64,000 nt of DNA from Minisyncoccia bacterium. Its GTDB lineage: Bacteria; Patescibacteriota; Minisyncoccia; Phycocordibacterales; UBA918. The notes under the pieces were generated by a model. That model was not told where the DNA came from. It made no database searches and saw only the letters and a list, made by a program, of their open reading frames with translations. Positions 37,360-47,242 of this stretch are shown one piece after another; within the stretch, counting starts at the first letter, position 1; every line of letters starts with the position of its first letter. Both the position numbers and the translations under genes were made by a program. The stretch covers positions 2,526-66,525 of the forward strand of contig JBGSSW010000016.1 in assembly GCA_041736805.1 (NCBI GenBank), in the 5' to 3' direction.

Positions 37360-37825
37360 CTACTTTTAGAACTTTATACTTCTGCTTACCAGAAGGTGTT
37401 TCAAACATAAAATCATCTCCTTTGGTCTTTCCCATCAAAGCTTCTCCGAGTGGTGAAAGATACGATAGTTTCTTTTCGTGGATATTTGCTTCATCTGATC
37501 CAACAATCGTGTACTTTCTATCTTCCTTCTCTTTTTCTTTTTGAATAACAACGACTGAACCAAGACCAATGACTCCACCCTTCTTTTCGTGAGCCACAAT
37601 CTTCGCTTCTTTGATTGTCTTTTCTAAGTAACCGATTCTTTCTTCAATGGCCGACTGCATGTCTCTAGCCTCCTGGTACTCCGCATTTTCTGACAAATCT
37701 CCAAGACTACGAGCGTACTCCAAAGATTCGGCTACTTCCTTGCGACGAACTGTTTTTAAGTGATCTAGTTCCTTCTTTAGTTCCTCAAATTTTTCAGCGG
37801 TTAAAAAAGCTTGTGTGTCATTCAT
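37355..37825 (-). CDS. greA: Transcription elongation factor GreA
   Basis: GDLSENAEY, SPLGEALMG. Confidence 0.97.
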   Translation of the reverse strand: MNDTQAFLTAEKFEELKKELDHLKTVRRKEVAESLEYARSLGDLSENAEYQEARDMQSAIEERIGYLEKTIKEAKIVAHEKKGGVIGLGSVVVIQKEKEKEDRKYTIVGSDEANIHEKKLSYLSPLGEALMGKTKGDDFMFETPSGKQKYKVLKVD

Positions 37826-37881
37826 ATACAATAAAATTTACCCAATTATACTTACTTAAAACTGTAGGTCAAATTTTTTAA

Positions 37882-39582
37882 TTAAATAGTTGTTTCTGTC
37901 TTTATTCCTAGGTAATCAGGTCTGTTTTTTGACATCCACTCCACCACGTCTCCCATAATGCGAGTAGCACCCAAGGCGTTGCTTCTAGGAGCTCTATCCA
38001 TCATCAGAATAAAAGCATACTGTGGATCTTCATAAGGGAAAAAGCCAGCTGCCCAAGAGTTAACATAGGCATTACCAGCCCCTACTTCAGCCGTACCAGA
38101 CTTTGCAGCAATGGCAACATCTTTACGCTCTAAAGCACGCGCTGTACCACCCGGTAAAATAACAGTTTTTCTCATTCCTTCATAGATTATTTCTAAATAA
38201 TCTGGATTTAGATTTAAATTCTTAGTCTGACCCTGTTTACCCTTAATCACATGTGGCGTCACCAAAGTACCGCCGTTAGCTAAAGCTGCGTAAGCCTTAA
38301 GCATCTGAATTGGGGTCACTAAAAAGCCAAATTGACCAATAGCAGTGAAATAAGTGTCGCCTAGCCTCCAGTCATCATTAAAAACTTTCTGCTTCCAAGC
38401 TGGATCAGGAACTACTCCCTCTTGCTCTTGAGCTATAGTGATACCTGTAGTTGAACCTAGGCCAAATAACCGATAGTACTCAGCCATTTTAGTAATGCCT
38501 AAACCTTTTTGATCACCAAATCCTCCCCCAATAATGTAGAAATAGACATTGGACGAGAAAGCAATGGCTTCACGCATGGTCATGGCCCCATGTGCCCTCC
38601 AATCTGTAAAATGTGCTGGCTTACTTGGGTTGTATGGATTTGGAATTACAATTTCCCCAGTACTTACAATTTGCTTCATTGGATCAATCGTCTTTTCGGC
38701 TAAAGCGCCGTAGGCAACAAAAGGTTTTACAATCGAACCCGGGGTATAAGCTCCACTAATTACTTTATTAAGAAATGGTAAGCGATCATCATTATTATAT
38801 TCTTCAATTGTATCAACCTCAAAACCATCGGCCATTACTTCAGGGTCGTAAGAGGGAAAACTGGTCATCGCTAGTAATTCTCCAGTATGAATATCCATAA
38901 TTGCCCCTGCCCCGCTTCGAAATCCCGCCTTAATACTTGAAGTAGAAATAATCTGATACATTACTTCAGATAATTCAGCATCAATTGAAAGTGTCACGGG
39001 ATTACCGTTTACACTGCTAGAAATAGCATGTTCACCGACAACTTTTTGTAAAGCATCTACCACCACAATCTTACTACCATTTTGGCCTCTTAAGTCATCA
39101 TCATAAGCAGATTCAACACCATTTCTACCTAAGTAGTCAGTTCTAAAATAAAAACCCCTATTGTCCTTTTTGGGATAACTAACATAACCAAGTACCTGCC
39201 CCAAACCAAGTCGGTCGGTATAAGCTCTAATAGGAAAATCATGAATCCCTCTCTCATCAACTTCATTCCAAACTACCAACTCTCCATTTCTGTCATAAAT
39301 AACCCCTCGTTCAGCAATAATAACTGCCTTATCAACACTATTTTTTTCAGCGATTTCTTCAAATTCTGCCCCTCTTGTCACTTGTAAGTTAAAGACTTTA
39401 CCAAAGAAAATTGCTGCAATTAATAGCGAGACTACACCAACTACATAGATACTTCTGGCTGGTATAGGTAATTCACGTTTGCCTTCAAGTCTCGCTTGAT
39501 TAAAAGCTGGGATATTAGAAGAATCAAGCAACATTTCGTCTAATTCCACGAGGGAACGATTTTTTTTATGAAACCACTTCAT
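37882..39582 (-). CDS. mrdA: Penicillin-binding protein 2 (class B, elongation)
   Basis: YTPGSIVK, SSN, AAKSGTAE; downstream of mreBC. Confidence 0.88.
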   Translation of the reverse strand: MKWFHKKNRSLVELDEMLLDSSNIPAFNQARLEGKRELPIPARSIYVVGVVSLLIAAIFFGKVFNLQVTRGAEFEEIAEKNSVDKAVIIAERGVIYDRNGELVVWNEVDERGIHDFPIRAYTDRLGLGQVLGYVSYPKKDNRGFYFRTDYLGRNGVESAYDDDLRGQNGSKIVVVDALQKVVGEHAISSSVNGNPVTLSIDAELSEVMYQIISTSSIKAGFRSGAGAIMDIHTGELLAMTSFPSYDPEVMADGFEVDTIEEYNNDDRLPFLNKVISGAYTPGSIVKPFVAYGALAEKTIDPMKQIVSTGEIVIPNPYNPSKPAHFTDWRAHGAMTMREAIAFSSNVYFYIIGGGFGDQKGLGITKMAEYYRLFGLGSTTGITIAQEQEGVVPDPAWKQKVFNDDWRLGDTYFTAIGQFGFLVTPIQMLKAYAALANGGTLVTPHVIKGKQGQTKNLNLNPDYLEIIYEGMRKTVILPGGTARALERKDVAIAAKSGTAEVGAGNAYVNSWAAGFFPYEDPQYAFILMMDRAPRSNALGATRIMGDVVEWMSKNRPDYLGIKTETTI

Positions 39583-39838
39583 TGTCTTCAGTATACATCA
39601 ATAATTGTGGCTTGATCAGACTTGCTAAAATAACCATGACAGCACTACAAATTGTAAGTGTAGGAACAGAATAAAAGGCCTGATAATAGCCATCGATTAA
39701 AATACCTATTAATACCAACTCGTAACCATTGTTTTTAAACAAATACCAAAGGCTAAGCAAAACAGCAGCTATATAAAATTGAGCTACCAAACACCAGGTA
39801 ATTAGTAACAAAAAAATGAGTCTAATAAAAATTCGCAT
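39566..39838 (-). CDS. Small membrane protein in the MreD position
   Basis: Hydrophobic 90-aa protein with GILID, between mreC and pbp2. Confidence 0.6.
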   Translation of the reverse strand: MRIFIRLIFLLLITWCLVAQFYIAAVLLSLWYLFKNNGYELVLIGILIDGYYQAFYSVPTLTICSAVMVILASLIKPQLLMYTEDNEVVS

Positions 39839-39842
39839 CTTG

Positions 39843-40793
39843 TTAATTCGTGTTTAAAATTTCTTCTGAGCTTGTAGTTTGGACTTGACTACTTGAACTA
39901 AAATTTAGAACAGGAACATCGCTTAAACGAGTGGATTTTCTAATTGCTTCACGAACCTGTTCATCAATTATAAAATCTGATTTCACTTGTACTGGTTTTA
40001 AACCAACCGATACATACAGCAAACTATTCATTGCTAAAGGTGGAGTTATGTAACCATATTGTTCTGGCTGTGTTGGTTCACTTTCCACCCTAACAATTTC
40101 TCCATAAATCCCATTTGAGACATTTGGTAATATAACTAACTGTCCTAGGCGTATTGAGACACCTTGGGGCAAACTAACTCTAGCGACCCCGCCACCAACA
40201 CCTTCAATAGAAGAAAAAACGTTTGGACCAATAATAAAAGCCGTTGATTTAAAGCCAGGGGAAGTAAATAAATCTACAAAGGAGTAATCCTCTGCTGTAT
40301 GAACTACTATTCCTAGAACCGAATCTACTCCCGTATAAACAGGAGAACCTTCAACTACCCCATCGCTTATCCCCTTATCAATTTGAAGTAGGTCGTAAGT
40401 TAAAGTATCAGGCCGTGCTAAAACTCTTGCTACCACTCGATCATCAAAGACTGAAGCTTTATTCATTCCTCGCAGTTGCATGTTTTCTTCTAGCAAACGA
40501 TTAATGGACATTTGTGTACCACCACGGGTAGCTATTTCGCTTTTGAGTGACTCAATTTCACTTACTAAGTCTGCTTTAGAACGTAAGTATGATGGAAATA
40601 GTCTATCACTAGTTTTAACCCAAGTAGTAGTATAATGAATTGGGAACAAAACTATGGCTGATACTCTTGATATCAACCACGGAAAAAGTAGGCCTACAGA
40701 AATAACTACAGTTAAAATAATTATCCAAGAACGATAATTTTTATGTGAGGCGTGGCGATAATTCGCCTTCTTTGTCGATGAGTATTTCTGCAT
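39843..40793 (-). CDS. mreC: Rod shape-determining protein MreC
   Basis: TM, coiled coil (EENMQLR), IDKG.SDGV..G; follows mreB. Confidence 0.88.
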   Translation of the reverse strand: MQKYSSTKKANYRHASHKNYRSWIIILTVVISVGLLFPWLISRVSAIVLFPIHYTTTWVKTSDRLFPSYLRSKADLVSEIESLKSEIATRGGTQMSINRLLEENMQLRGMNKASVFDDRVVARVLARPDTLTYDLLQIDKGISDGVVEGSPVYTGVDSVLGIVVHTAEDYSFVDLFTSPGFKSTAFIIGPNVFSSIEGVGGGVARVSLPQGVSIRLGQLVILPNVSNGIYGEIVRVESEPTQPEQYGYITPPLAMNSLLYVSVGLKPVQVKSDFIIDEQVREAIRKSTRLSDVPVLNFSSSSQVQTTSSEEILNTN

Positions 40794-41814
40794 ATAAATC
40801 AAGGTTTTCAATTACAATTCCTGCTCCCCTAATGACGGCTCTAAGTGGATCAGGCACAACAATTACTGGAACTTGTAGGCTTTCTTCCAAAAACGAACTG
40901 AGCCCAGGAATTAAAGCTCCTCCACCAGAAAGATGAATACCTCTTTGCATAATATCAGCCAAAACCTCAGGTGGAGTTCGCTCTAAAACAGATCTAGTTG
41001 ATTCCACTATAATATCCACCTGCCCGGCAATAGCATCATGAATATCTCTGGCGGTGATAATCACCTCTCGGGGTAAACCAGTCATAACGTCCCGACCTCG
41101 AATCACCATTTCACTACCGTTACTTTCTTGTCGAATAGAAGCTAGGGCGATTTTCGCATCCTCTGCCGTTTTGTCACCCACATAAATTTTAAATTGGTCA
41201 CGAATATAAGAAGTAATTGAGTCATTTAGATGGTCTCCTGCTACACGAAGATTTTTAGAAACGACAATTCCACTCAAGGATATAACAGCGATATCAGTAG
41301 TCCCCCCACCGATATCAATCACCATACTGCCAACAGCCTTACCTATTGGTAGTTTTGCTCCAACAGCTGCAGCCATTGGTTCTTCAATTAAGAACACTTC
41401 TCTAGCTCCAGCGTTCTTAGCTGCATCACGAGCAGCTCTCATTTCGACATTTGTAATACCGGAAGGAACACCAACCAAGATTCGTGGGGCAATAAAAGTA
41501 CGTAAGTCGGCGTGAACTTTGTTAATTAAATAACCCAACATTTCTTCAGTTACTTCAAAGTCAGAAATAACACCGTCCACCAAAGGACGGATGACTTCAA
41601 TGTGTTGAGGAGTCCTGCCCTGCATAGTCTTAGCTTCCTGTCCAACAGCAACCAATTGGCCAGTTTTTTTATTAATAGCTACAATTGTAGGTTCATTCAA
41701 TACAATTCCCTTACCTTTCACATAAACTAACGTATTAGCAGTTCCAAGGTCAATAGCGATGTCGGTAGATACCGCCGCAAGCATTTTATTCAAGTATTTT
41801 GATACAAAACTCAT
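40741..41814 (-). CDS. mreB: Rod shape-determining protein MreB
   Basis: IAIDLGTANT, EEPMAAA, DIGGGTTD, LSGGGAL. Confidence 0.95.
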   Translation of the reverse strand: MSFVSKYLNKMLAAVSTDIAIDLGTANTLVYVKGKGIVLNEPTIVAINKKTGQLVAVGQEAKTMQGRTPQHIEVIRPLVDGVISDFEVTEEMLGYLINKVHADLRTFIAPRILVGVPSGITNVEMRAARDAAKNAGAREVFLIEEPMAAAVGAKLPIGKAVGSMVIDIGGGTTDIAVISLSGIVVSKNLRVAGDHLNDSITSYIRDQFKIYVGDKTAEDAKIALASIRQESNGSEMVIRGRDVMTGLPREVIITARDIHDAIAGQVDIIVESTRSVLERTPPEVLADIMQRGIHLSGGGALIPGLSSFLEESLQVPVIVVPDPLRAVIRGAGIVIENLDLYAEILIDKEGELSPRLT

Positions 41815-41829
41815 TAGAGGGAAATTGTA

Positions 41830-43095
41830 CTACGTATCAGGATTAGCATCAAAGTCAGCGTAAATTTCATCCTCAGTTAACTGCCTTATATCACCAGTTG
41901 ATCTAGTAACAACTTCAAAAGTACCAGCTTCCTTAGATTTTTTACTAGCCACTATTCTATAAGGTAAACCGATTAAATCGCTATCAGCAAACTTTTCTCC
42001 TGCCCGAGCATCACGATTATCATAGAGAACTGAAATTCCTTTTTCCTTAAGAGAAGCATATATACCATCTACCCAATCTTTAATAGATTCATCTTCTAGA
42101 TTTAGACCGACGAGATGAACCTTAAAAGGAGCAACGCTTTCTGGCCAGACAATCCCTTTTTCGTCTGCAAACTTCTCTACCAAAACACCCATCATTCTGG
42201 TTATACCAATTCCGTATGAACCCATCCAAACTGGAACCCTCTCTCCTTTTTCGTCAGTAAAATAAAGACCAACTTCTTCCGCTTTCTGTCTGCCGAAGTT
42301 AAAAATGTTGCCTACCTCAGCTGTCTTAGTTGCAACCAACTCTTCTCTTGTCACACCTAATTCATTTAGATTTGTCTTTCCCAATACCTCCTCGTTAATA
42401 GCAATTCCTTTTTCTTTACAAATATAGGTAACATCTTCACCAGCTTCACATACTGTTTGAAACTCATGTGAAAACTCGGTGAAGGCCCCTCCGGCAGCAA
42501 AAGTGATAAAGGTATCATTACCAACCCCAAGTCGATCAAATGCTCTCATATAAGCCACCTTACAGGCTTCGTAAAACTCATTGTGCTGTTGTTCAGTGGC
42601 AGAAAATGAGTAGGCGTCTTTCATGATAAATTCACGGCCACGCATCACTCCACTTTTAGCTCTCACCTCATTCCGTAGTTTGTTTTGGAATTGATAGATA
42701 GCTACCGGTAAATCTTTGTGGCTAGAAATATGATTTTTCATCATATTTGCAAGCGGCTCTTCATGACTCCAGGCCAAACCTATTTGACCACCTGCTTTCA
42801 AATCTGTTTTAAACCAAATATCAACTACCTCATCATCCCAGCGACTGGTTCTCTCCCACAATTCTTTACTTTGTAAATTAGTAGCGATGAGTTCATTAGT
42901 ACCCAAATTCTTCATTTCTTCTCGTACAATCTGTTTAATTTTTTGAATAACCATTAAACCGAGCGGCAGTAATTGATATACCCCCGCCATTTCTTTATGA
43001 ATATACCCAGCCCTAATGAGTAATTGGGCGTTTTTAGCTACTTCGTCTGCTGGTACTTCCTTCTGAGTTTTTGTAAATAATTTTGATTGATGCAT
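41830..43095 (-). CDS. proS: Proline--tRNA ligase (short form, no editing domain)
   Basis: QLLIRAGYI, RNEVRAKSGVMRGREFIMKDAYSF, MGSYGIG, GEKFADSDLIG. Confidence 0.95.
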   Translation of the reverse strand: MHQSKLFTKTQKEVPADEVAKNAQLLIRAGYIHKEMAGVYQLLPLGLMVIQKIKQIVREEMKNLGTNELIATNLQSKELWERTSRWDDEVVDIWFKTDLKAGGQIGLAWSHEEPLANMMKNHISSHKDLPVAIYQFQNKLRNEVRAKSGVMRGREFIMKDAYSFSATEQQHNEFYEACKVAYMRAFDRLGVGNDTFITFAAGGAFTEFSHEFQTVCEAGEDVTYICKEKGIAINEEVLGKTNLNELGVTREELVATKTAEVGNIFNFGRQKAEEVGLYFTDEKGERVPVWMGSYGIGITRMMGVLVEKFADEKGIVWPESVAPFKVHLVGLNLEDESIKDWVDGIYASLKEKGISVLYDNRDARAGEKFADSDLIGLPYRIVASKKSKEAGTFEVVTRSTGDIRQLTEDEIYADFDANPDT

Positions 43096-43182
43096 AAAAA
43101 TAACCAAATGGAATTACCTCCTCTAATCTTTACATCTTAACGGTAAAGATTAACTTGGTCAAAGTAGAACTATATTTTAGAA

Positions 43183-44274
43183 CTAAATTAACCTAATAAT
43201 GTCGTTCCAGGTCACAGCTACCATCAATAACATCAGTAAGGCAAAGCCAATCATGTTTACCCTTCCCATCCAAATAGGGTTAATTGGTTTTTTGGTAATT
43301 GATTCTATTATGACAAAAACCAATCTACCGCCATCTAAGGCCGGAATAGGTAATAAATTAATTACGGCCAAATTAAGTGAGATCATGGCTGTAAACATCA
43401 TTAGTGAAGTGAGGCCAAATGAAGCTGCGTCCCCTACCATACCAACGATACCTATCGGACCAGCCACTTGAGAAAAATCAGCTGACCCACTGATTGATTT
43501 TACTATTAAGGTAACTAAACCCGTTGTAATATTTATCAACCCTTCATAAGTTGTAACGGAGGCAGAAACTACTGATTCCCATATAGAGTACTGTTTTGTC
43601 TCTACCATACTAAGTGAGACCCCCACAGCTGCCTTTTCGCTATTGTTTGGTATAAGACCTAATTCTGGTCGCACTGTTATCTTAGATTCATCTTCACCGT
43701 AACGAAGGTATAGGTCTATGTCAGAATCTGAATTCAACTGAATAAACTCACTGAACGTAGTAGGATTTAAAACTGAGATTTCAGTATTGTTTGCAGTAAT
43801 TTTTATAACCTCTGAACCTGGTTGGACTAAACCATCTAGTGGCCCTTCTGGAAGTACGCCATTAATATATAAAACTGCCTCAGCTCCAGCAACAGACTCA
43901 TCGACAGAAGTAGGTACCCCAACCAAAAAAGTGACGAAAAAAAGTAACCAGGCAAAAATTACATTCATGGTTACTCCCGCAACCAAAACCACCGCTTGGG
44001 CCCACAGTGGTCTTGAGCTAAAGGCACGATTAGAATCTTTCTCATTGGAGTCGACTCTCTCAAGATTTTCACCAAATATTCTAACGAAACCTCCAATTGG
44101 TAAGGCGTTAAAAGTATATTCTGTCTCTCCTTTTTTAATCCCAAATAGTTTTGGTGGAAAGCCGATACCAAACTCGTCCACTCTCATTCCCGTTTTTTTA
44201 GCGGTAATAAAATGGCCCCATTCATGTACCAGGATAAGAACAAATAGAACTAAGAAGAAAATAAGAATTGACAT
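43183..44274 (-). CDS. rseP: RIP metalloprotease RseP (M50, PDZ)
   Basis: HEWGH, GGFV, NLLPIPALDGG. Confidence 0.92.
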   Translation of the reverse strand: MSILIFFLVLFVLILVHEWGHFITAKKTGMRVDEFGIGFPPKLFGIKKGETEYTFNALPIGGFVRIFGENLERVDSNEKDSNRAFSSRPLWAQAVVLVAGVTMNVIFAWLLFFVTFLVGVPTSVDESVAGAEAVLYINGVLPEGPLDGLVQPGSEVIKITANNTEISVLNPTTFSEFIQLNSDSDIDLYLRYGEDESKITVRPELGLIPNNSEKAAVGVSLSMVETKQYSIWESVVSASVTTYEGLINITTGLVTLIVKSISGSADFSQVAGPIGIVGMVGDAASFGLTSLMMFTAMISLNLAVINLLPIPALDGGRLVFVIIESITKKPINPIWMGRVNMIGFALLMLLMVAVTWNDIIRLI

Positions 44275-44280
44275 ATGAAG

Positions 44281-44823
44281 CTATTGTTGAAGTTCTCTTT
44301 CCTTACTCATAAATAAAGACTCCAATTTCAAATTGATTTCTTCGACGCTTTTTTGAATTAAATCTTTTTTTGTAAACTTATCGTCTTCACCCATTCCTCC
44401 AAGTTTAAAGTCCTTTTCTAGTTCTTTCATTTCTTCGTCACGTATAGAACGAACCGAAATACGAGCGTCTTCTAACTTATTTTTTGCTAGTTTTAATAAT
44501 TGCACTCTACGCTCACTAGTTAATTCTGGAAAAATTATTCGCAGTCCAGCAGAATCTCCAGCAACAGATACTCCTAAATCAGCTTCTCGAATAGCTTTTT
44601 CTGTAGCCGATATCTGACCAGAATCCCAAATTGACACTCTTAAAGTTCTGGCATCCTCTATCCCAACAGTACCAATTTGCTGAATTGGTAAAAACGCTCC
44701 GTATGACTCTACTTTAACAGAATCAAGTAAGCTAGGACTTGCTTGACCAGTTCTAATTCCAGCAAATTCTTTTTGTAGCCAAAGCGTTACTTCTTCTAGC
44801 CGTTTCTTTATATCAATACTCAT
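44281..44823 (-). CDS. frr: Ribosome recycling factor
   Basis: IRTGQASP.LLD, PELTSERR, ARISVRSIR. Confidence 0.96.
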   Translation of the reverse strand: MSIDIKKRLEEVTLWLQKEFAGIRTGQASPSLLDSVKVESYGAFLPIQQIGTVGIEDARTLRVSIWDSGQISATEKAIREADLGVSVAGDSAGLRIIFPELTSERRVQLLKLAKNKLEDARISVRSIRDEEMKELEKDFKLGGMGEDDKFTKKDLIQKSVEEINLKLESLFMSKERELQQ

Positions 44824-44880
44824 AAATTAATTAAGATTACCATTCCCTGTAGTGTAACATTTTAAAATTCTTCTAGCAGC

Positions 44881-45498
44881 TTATCTTAAAGTAAGGGCTA
44901 ATTCTTCCAATAACATCTTATTTGAAGCCCCTCTAGTCTGTAGGTGTTTAGCTAACCAAAATAACTGGACTGAATCTTCTGGACTAGAAATTTTCAACTC
45001 TGCCACCAATTTATTTAATAGTCCAGTCTTAATTTCTTCAACCCAAACTGAATCCCTTTTTAGCATTCGATTTGCTATTTCAGCCATTCTTTCCTTTACA
45101 GACTTAAGATAAAATTCATTAAAAGTAACCAAATTATTCTTTTGACTTTGTGAGTAATCATTCTCTACTTGAAATCTAGAGAGTAAGGTTGGTAGCAAGT
45201 GTAAGGTAAAAGGCAGACAAAAAAGAAACTTTGTGGTTTGTGGTGGTTCTTCTAAAAGCTTTAGCATGGCCTGCTGAGCTTCGATAGAAATATATAAGCT
45301 ACAAACAACGATTAACAATTCCTTTCCTAAAGCTGGACGAACGTAGGCTTTTTTGGTTATTGTTCTAACATCGTCAATGCCAAGATTTTCTATCTCCAAA
45401 TACTCAACTTCACCAATATTCAGTTTGCGCACAAAACCCTTAATTGAGCTAAGCTCAGGATTATCTACACAGTAAAGATAGGCGTGGTGGTTAAGCAT
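44881..45498 (-). CDS. holB: DNA polymerase III delta-prime-like subunit (reduced)
   Basis: HHAYL, IDDVR, AQQAMLKLLEEPP, LLPTLLSRF. Confidence 0.75.
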   Translation of the reverse strand: MLNHHAYLYCVDNPELSSIKGFVRKLNIGEVEYLEIENLGIDDVRTITKKAYVRPALGKELLIVVCSLYISIEAQQAMLKLLEEPPQTTKFLFCLPFTLHLLPTLLSRFQVENDYSQSQKNNLVTFNEFYLKSVKERMAEIANRMLKRDSVWVEEIKTGLLNKLVAELKISSPEDSVQLFWLAKHLQTRGASNKMLLEELALTLR

Positions 45499-45505
45499 TG
45501 ATACA

Positions 45506-47140
45506 TTATGCTGGTTTGTGCTTTCTTTGTAAATCCAGAATTTGTTTAATTACTCGTCTCAAGTAATGTTCAAAGGTTTCACCTTGTTCATAGATTATTC
45601 CTTGTTCATAGCGCCAGCCATTCATATAGTCAGTAATACTTTGTTTGATTTCCTGTGTTGAGCCTTCGAATCTTCCAGCTAAAAGAAGTGGTATTTGTAG
45701 GTCTGCAAGTTTTTTAAAGAGTGGATGCTCCCTTCCTTTAGGACCGGTACCAAAAAGGCCGCTTTTCTTAAATAGTGACCAGTCAGATAAAAGTTGATTA
45801 AGTCCATCATCAACCTCACGGGTTTTTAGAGGATCGGCAGAATCACTAGTAGCTAAGGAAGAAGCTAAGGGTAAATCATTTGGAGTTTGCAGTTTTTGGC
45901 CATCATTATTAATGGATGGAGGTTTTGGAACTGGTAAAATAGCTTTTAAAGCTTCTTCTCTAGCTTCTTTTTCAGCAGCTAAAGCAAATCCAGAGACTTC
46001 TTCTTCTGCAGATTTGATCACCTCACTATCGTCTAAAATAACTGGTGACGCTATTGGTGGCGGTAGCTCATTTGAAGTGGCCACATTTTCTTGTTGGCTA
46101 GGCACATCATTAACAAGTTCAGGTTTCGACTGATTTGGAACAGGCTCTGGTCTTGACTGATTCGGAGCAGCTTGATTTTGAGATTGAGACTGCGCGTGCG
46201 TGCTAACTGCGACTTCGACTGACTTGTAAGCAGCTTCCAAACGTTGCATAGCTTCCTCAATTTGACCTGGAGCACCTCCACTAAGTCTCTTCATTGCATC
46301 CAGCAGTGCATTCATATACTCCCGTCCTACTACATTATCGATATCAACTAGATTTACAGGATTACCTACTTTTGTATTTACCGCTAGTTTTATTTCACGA
46401 ATTCGGTCTAGATAATTTTGACCTCCAGCTGACATCTGTGGCTGTGCGGGAGTAGGGTTTTGAGTTGGAGCATCTTGAGCTGGTAGTGGGGCTGGTGCTA
46501 CGTATTGAGGTTGAGGAGGTACTACAGGTTGTGGTGGTACATATTGTGGTTGCGCAGCCACTGGTTGTGGGGCTGGTGATACATATTGTGGTTGCGCTAC
46601 TGCTGGTTGAGGGGCTGGATATGCGTATACTGGAATATTTTGAGTAACAACTGGCGGTACGTACTGAGAAGCAACTGAAGCTGGTTGTGGGGTTGGTGGT
46701 ACTACAGGTTGTGGTGGTACATATTGTGGTTGAGCAGCCACTGGTTGTGGGGTTGGTGCTACGTATTGAGGTTGAGGAGGTACTACAGGTTGTGGTGGTA
46801 CATATTGTGGTTGAGCTACAGCCTGGGGTTGGATTGGTGTTTGATTCGTGACAGCTCCAAAAACCGGCGCCGGTCTAGAAGTACCGAAAGATAAATCTTG
46901 AGCAGACTGAACCACTTGAGAAGTAGATGAAAGTGTAGAAATTAAGTTATGTGCTGCTAACTTCTGCTCTAAGGCGATACGCACAGAAGCATCTCCCCCA
47001 CCATTTTTGTATAAAAAAACCAAATCTCGTAATTCATTCTTGTCAGACGGACTTAAAGAGCTAGAACGAATAGTTGCAAGCAAAGACATCACTCCCGCTT
47101 GGGAGTTAAAATTAAAACCTAAAGAACTTCCTTGATCCAT
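45506..47140 (-). CDS. Hypothetical protein with Pro/Gln/Val-rich repeat linker
   Basis: 544 aa; globular-looking N-terminal, central and C-terminal segments joined by low-complexity linkers. Confidence 0.85.
   Translation of the reverse strand: MDQGSSLGFNFNSQAGVMSLLATIRSSSLSPSDKNELRDLVFLYKNGGGDASVRIALEQKLAAHNLISTLSSTSQVVQSAQDLSFGTSRPAPVFGAVTNQTPIQPQAVAQPQYVPPQPVVPPQPQYVAPTPQPVAAQPQYVPPQPVVPPTPQPASVASQYVPPVVTQNIPVYAYPAPQPAVAQPQYVSPAPQPVAAQPQYVPPQPVVPPQPQYVAPAPLPAQDAPTQNPTPAQPQMSAGGQNYLDRIREIKLAVNTKVGNPVNLVDIDNVVGREYMNALLDAMKRLSGGAPGQIEEAMQRLEAAYKSVEVAVSTHAQSQSQNQAAPNQSRPEPVPNQSKPELVNDVPSQQENVATSNELPPPIASPVILDDSEVIKSAEEEVSGFALAAEKEAREEALKAILPVPKPPSINNDGQKLQTPNDLPLASSLATSDSADPLKTREVDDGLNQLLSDWSLFKKSGLFGTGPKGREHPLFKKLADLQIPLLLAGRFEGSTQEIKQSITDYMNGWRYEQGIIYEQGETFEHYLRRVIKQILDLQRKHKPA
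46493..46813. repeat. Coding tandem repeats (QPQYVPPQPVVPP)
   Basis: Identical 60-nt blocks at 46493-46552 and 46754-46813, plus a partial copy at 46698-46732. Confidence 0.9.
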
Positions 47141-47242
47141 AACCTAATTATCATAACACCATGCATACTATAAAGCAGCTACTTTATTTGAATGACCTGT
47201 GTATTATTTTAAATTTATTTTCTTACTTAACTAAGTGAGATT

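Noticed and set aside
46493-46813. Possible CRISPR array or DGR template/variable repeat
   Set aside because: Repeats are in-frame coding units with no unique spacers and no adenine-specific mismatches; no cas or reverse transcriptase gene is in the window.
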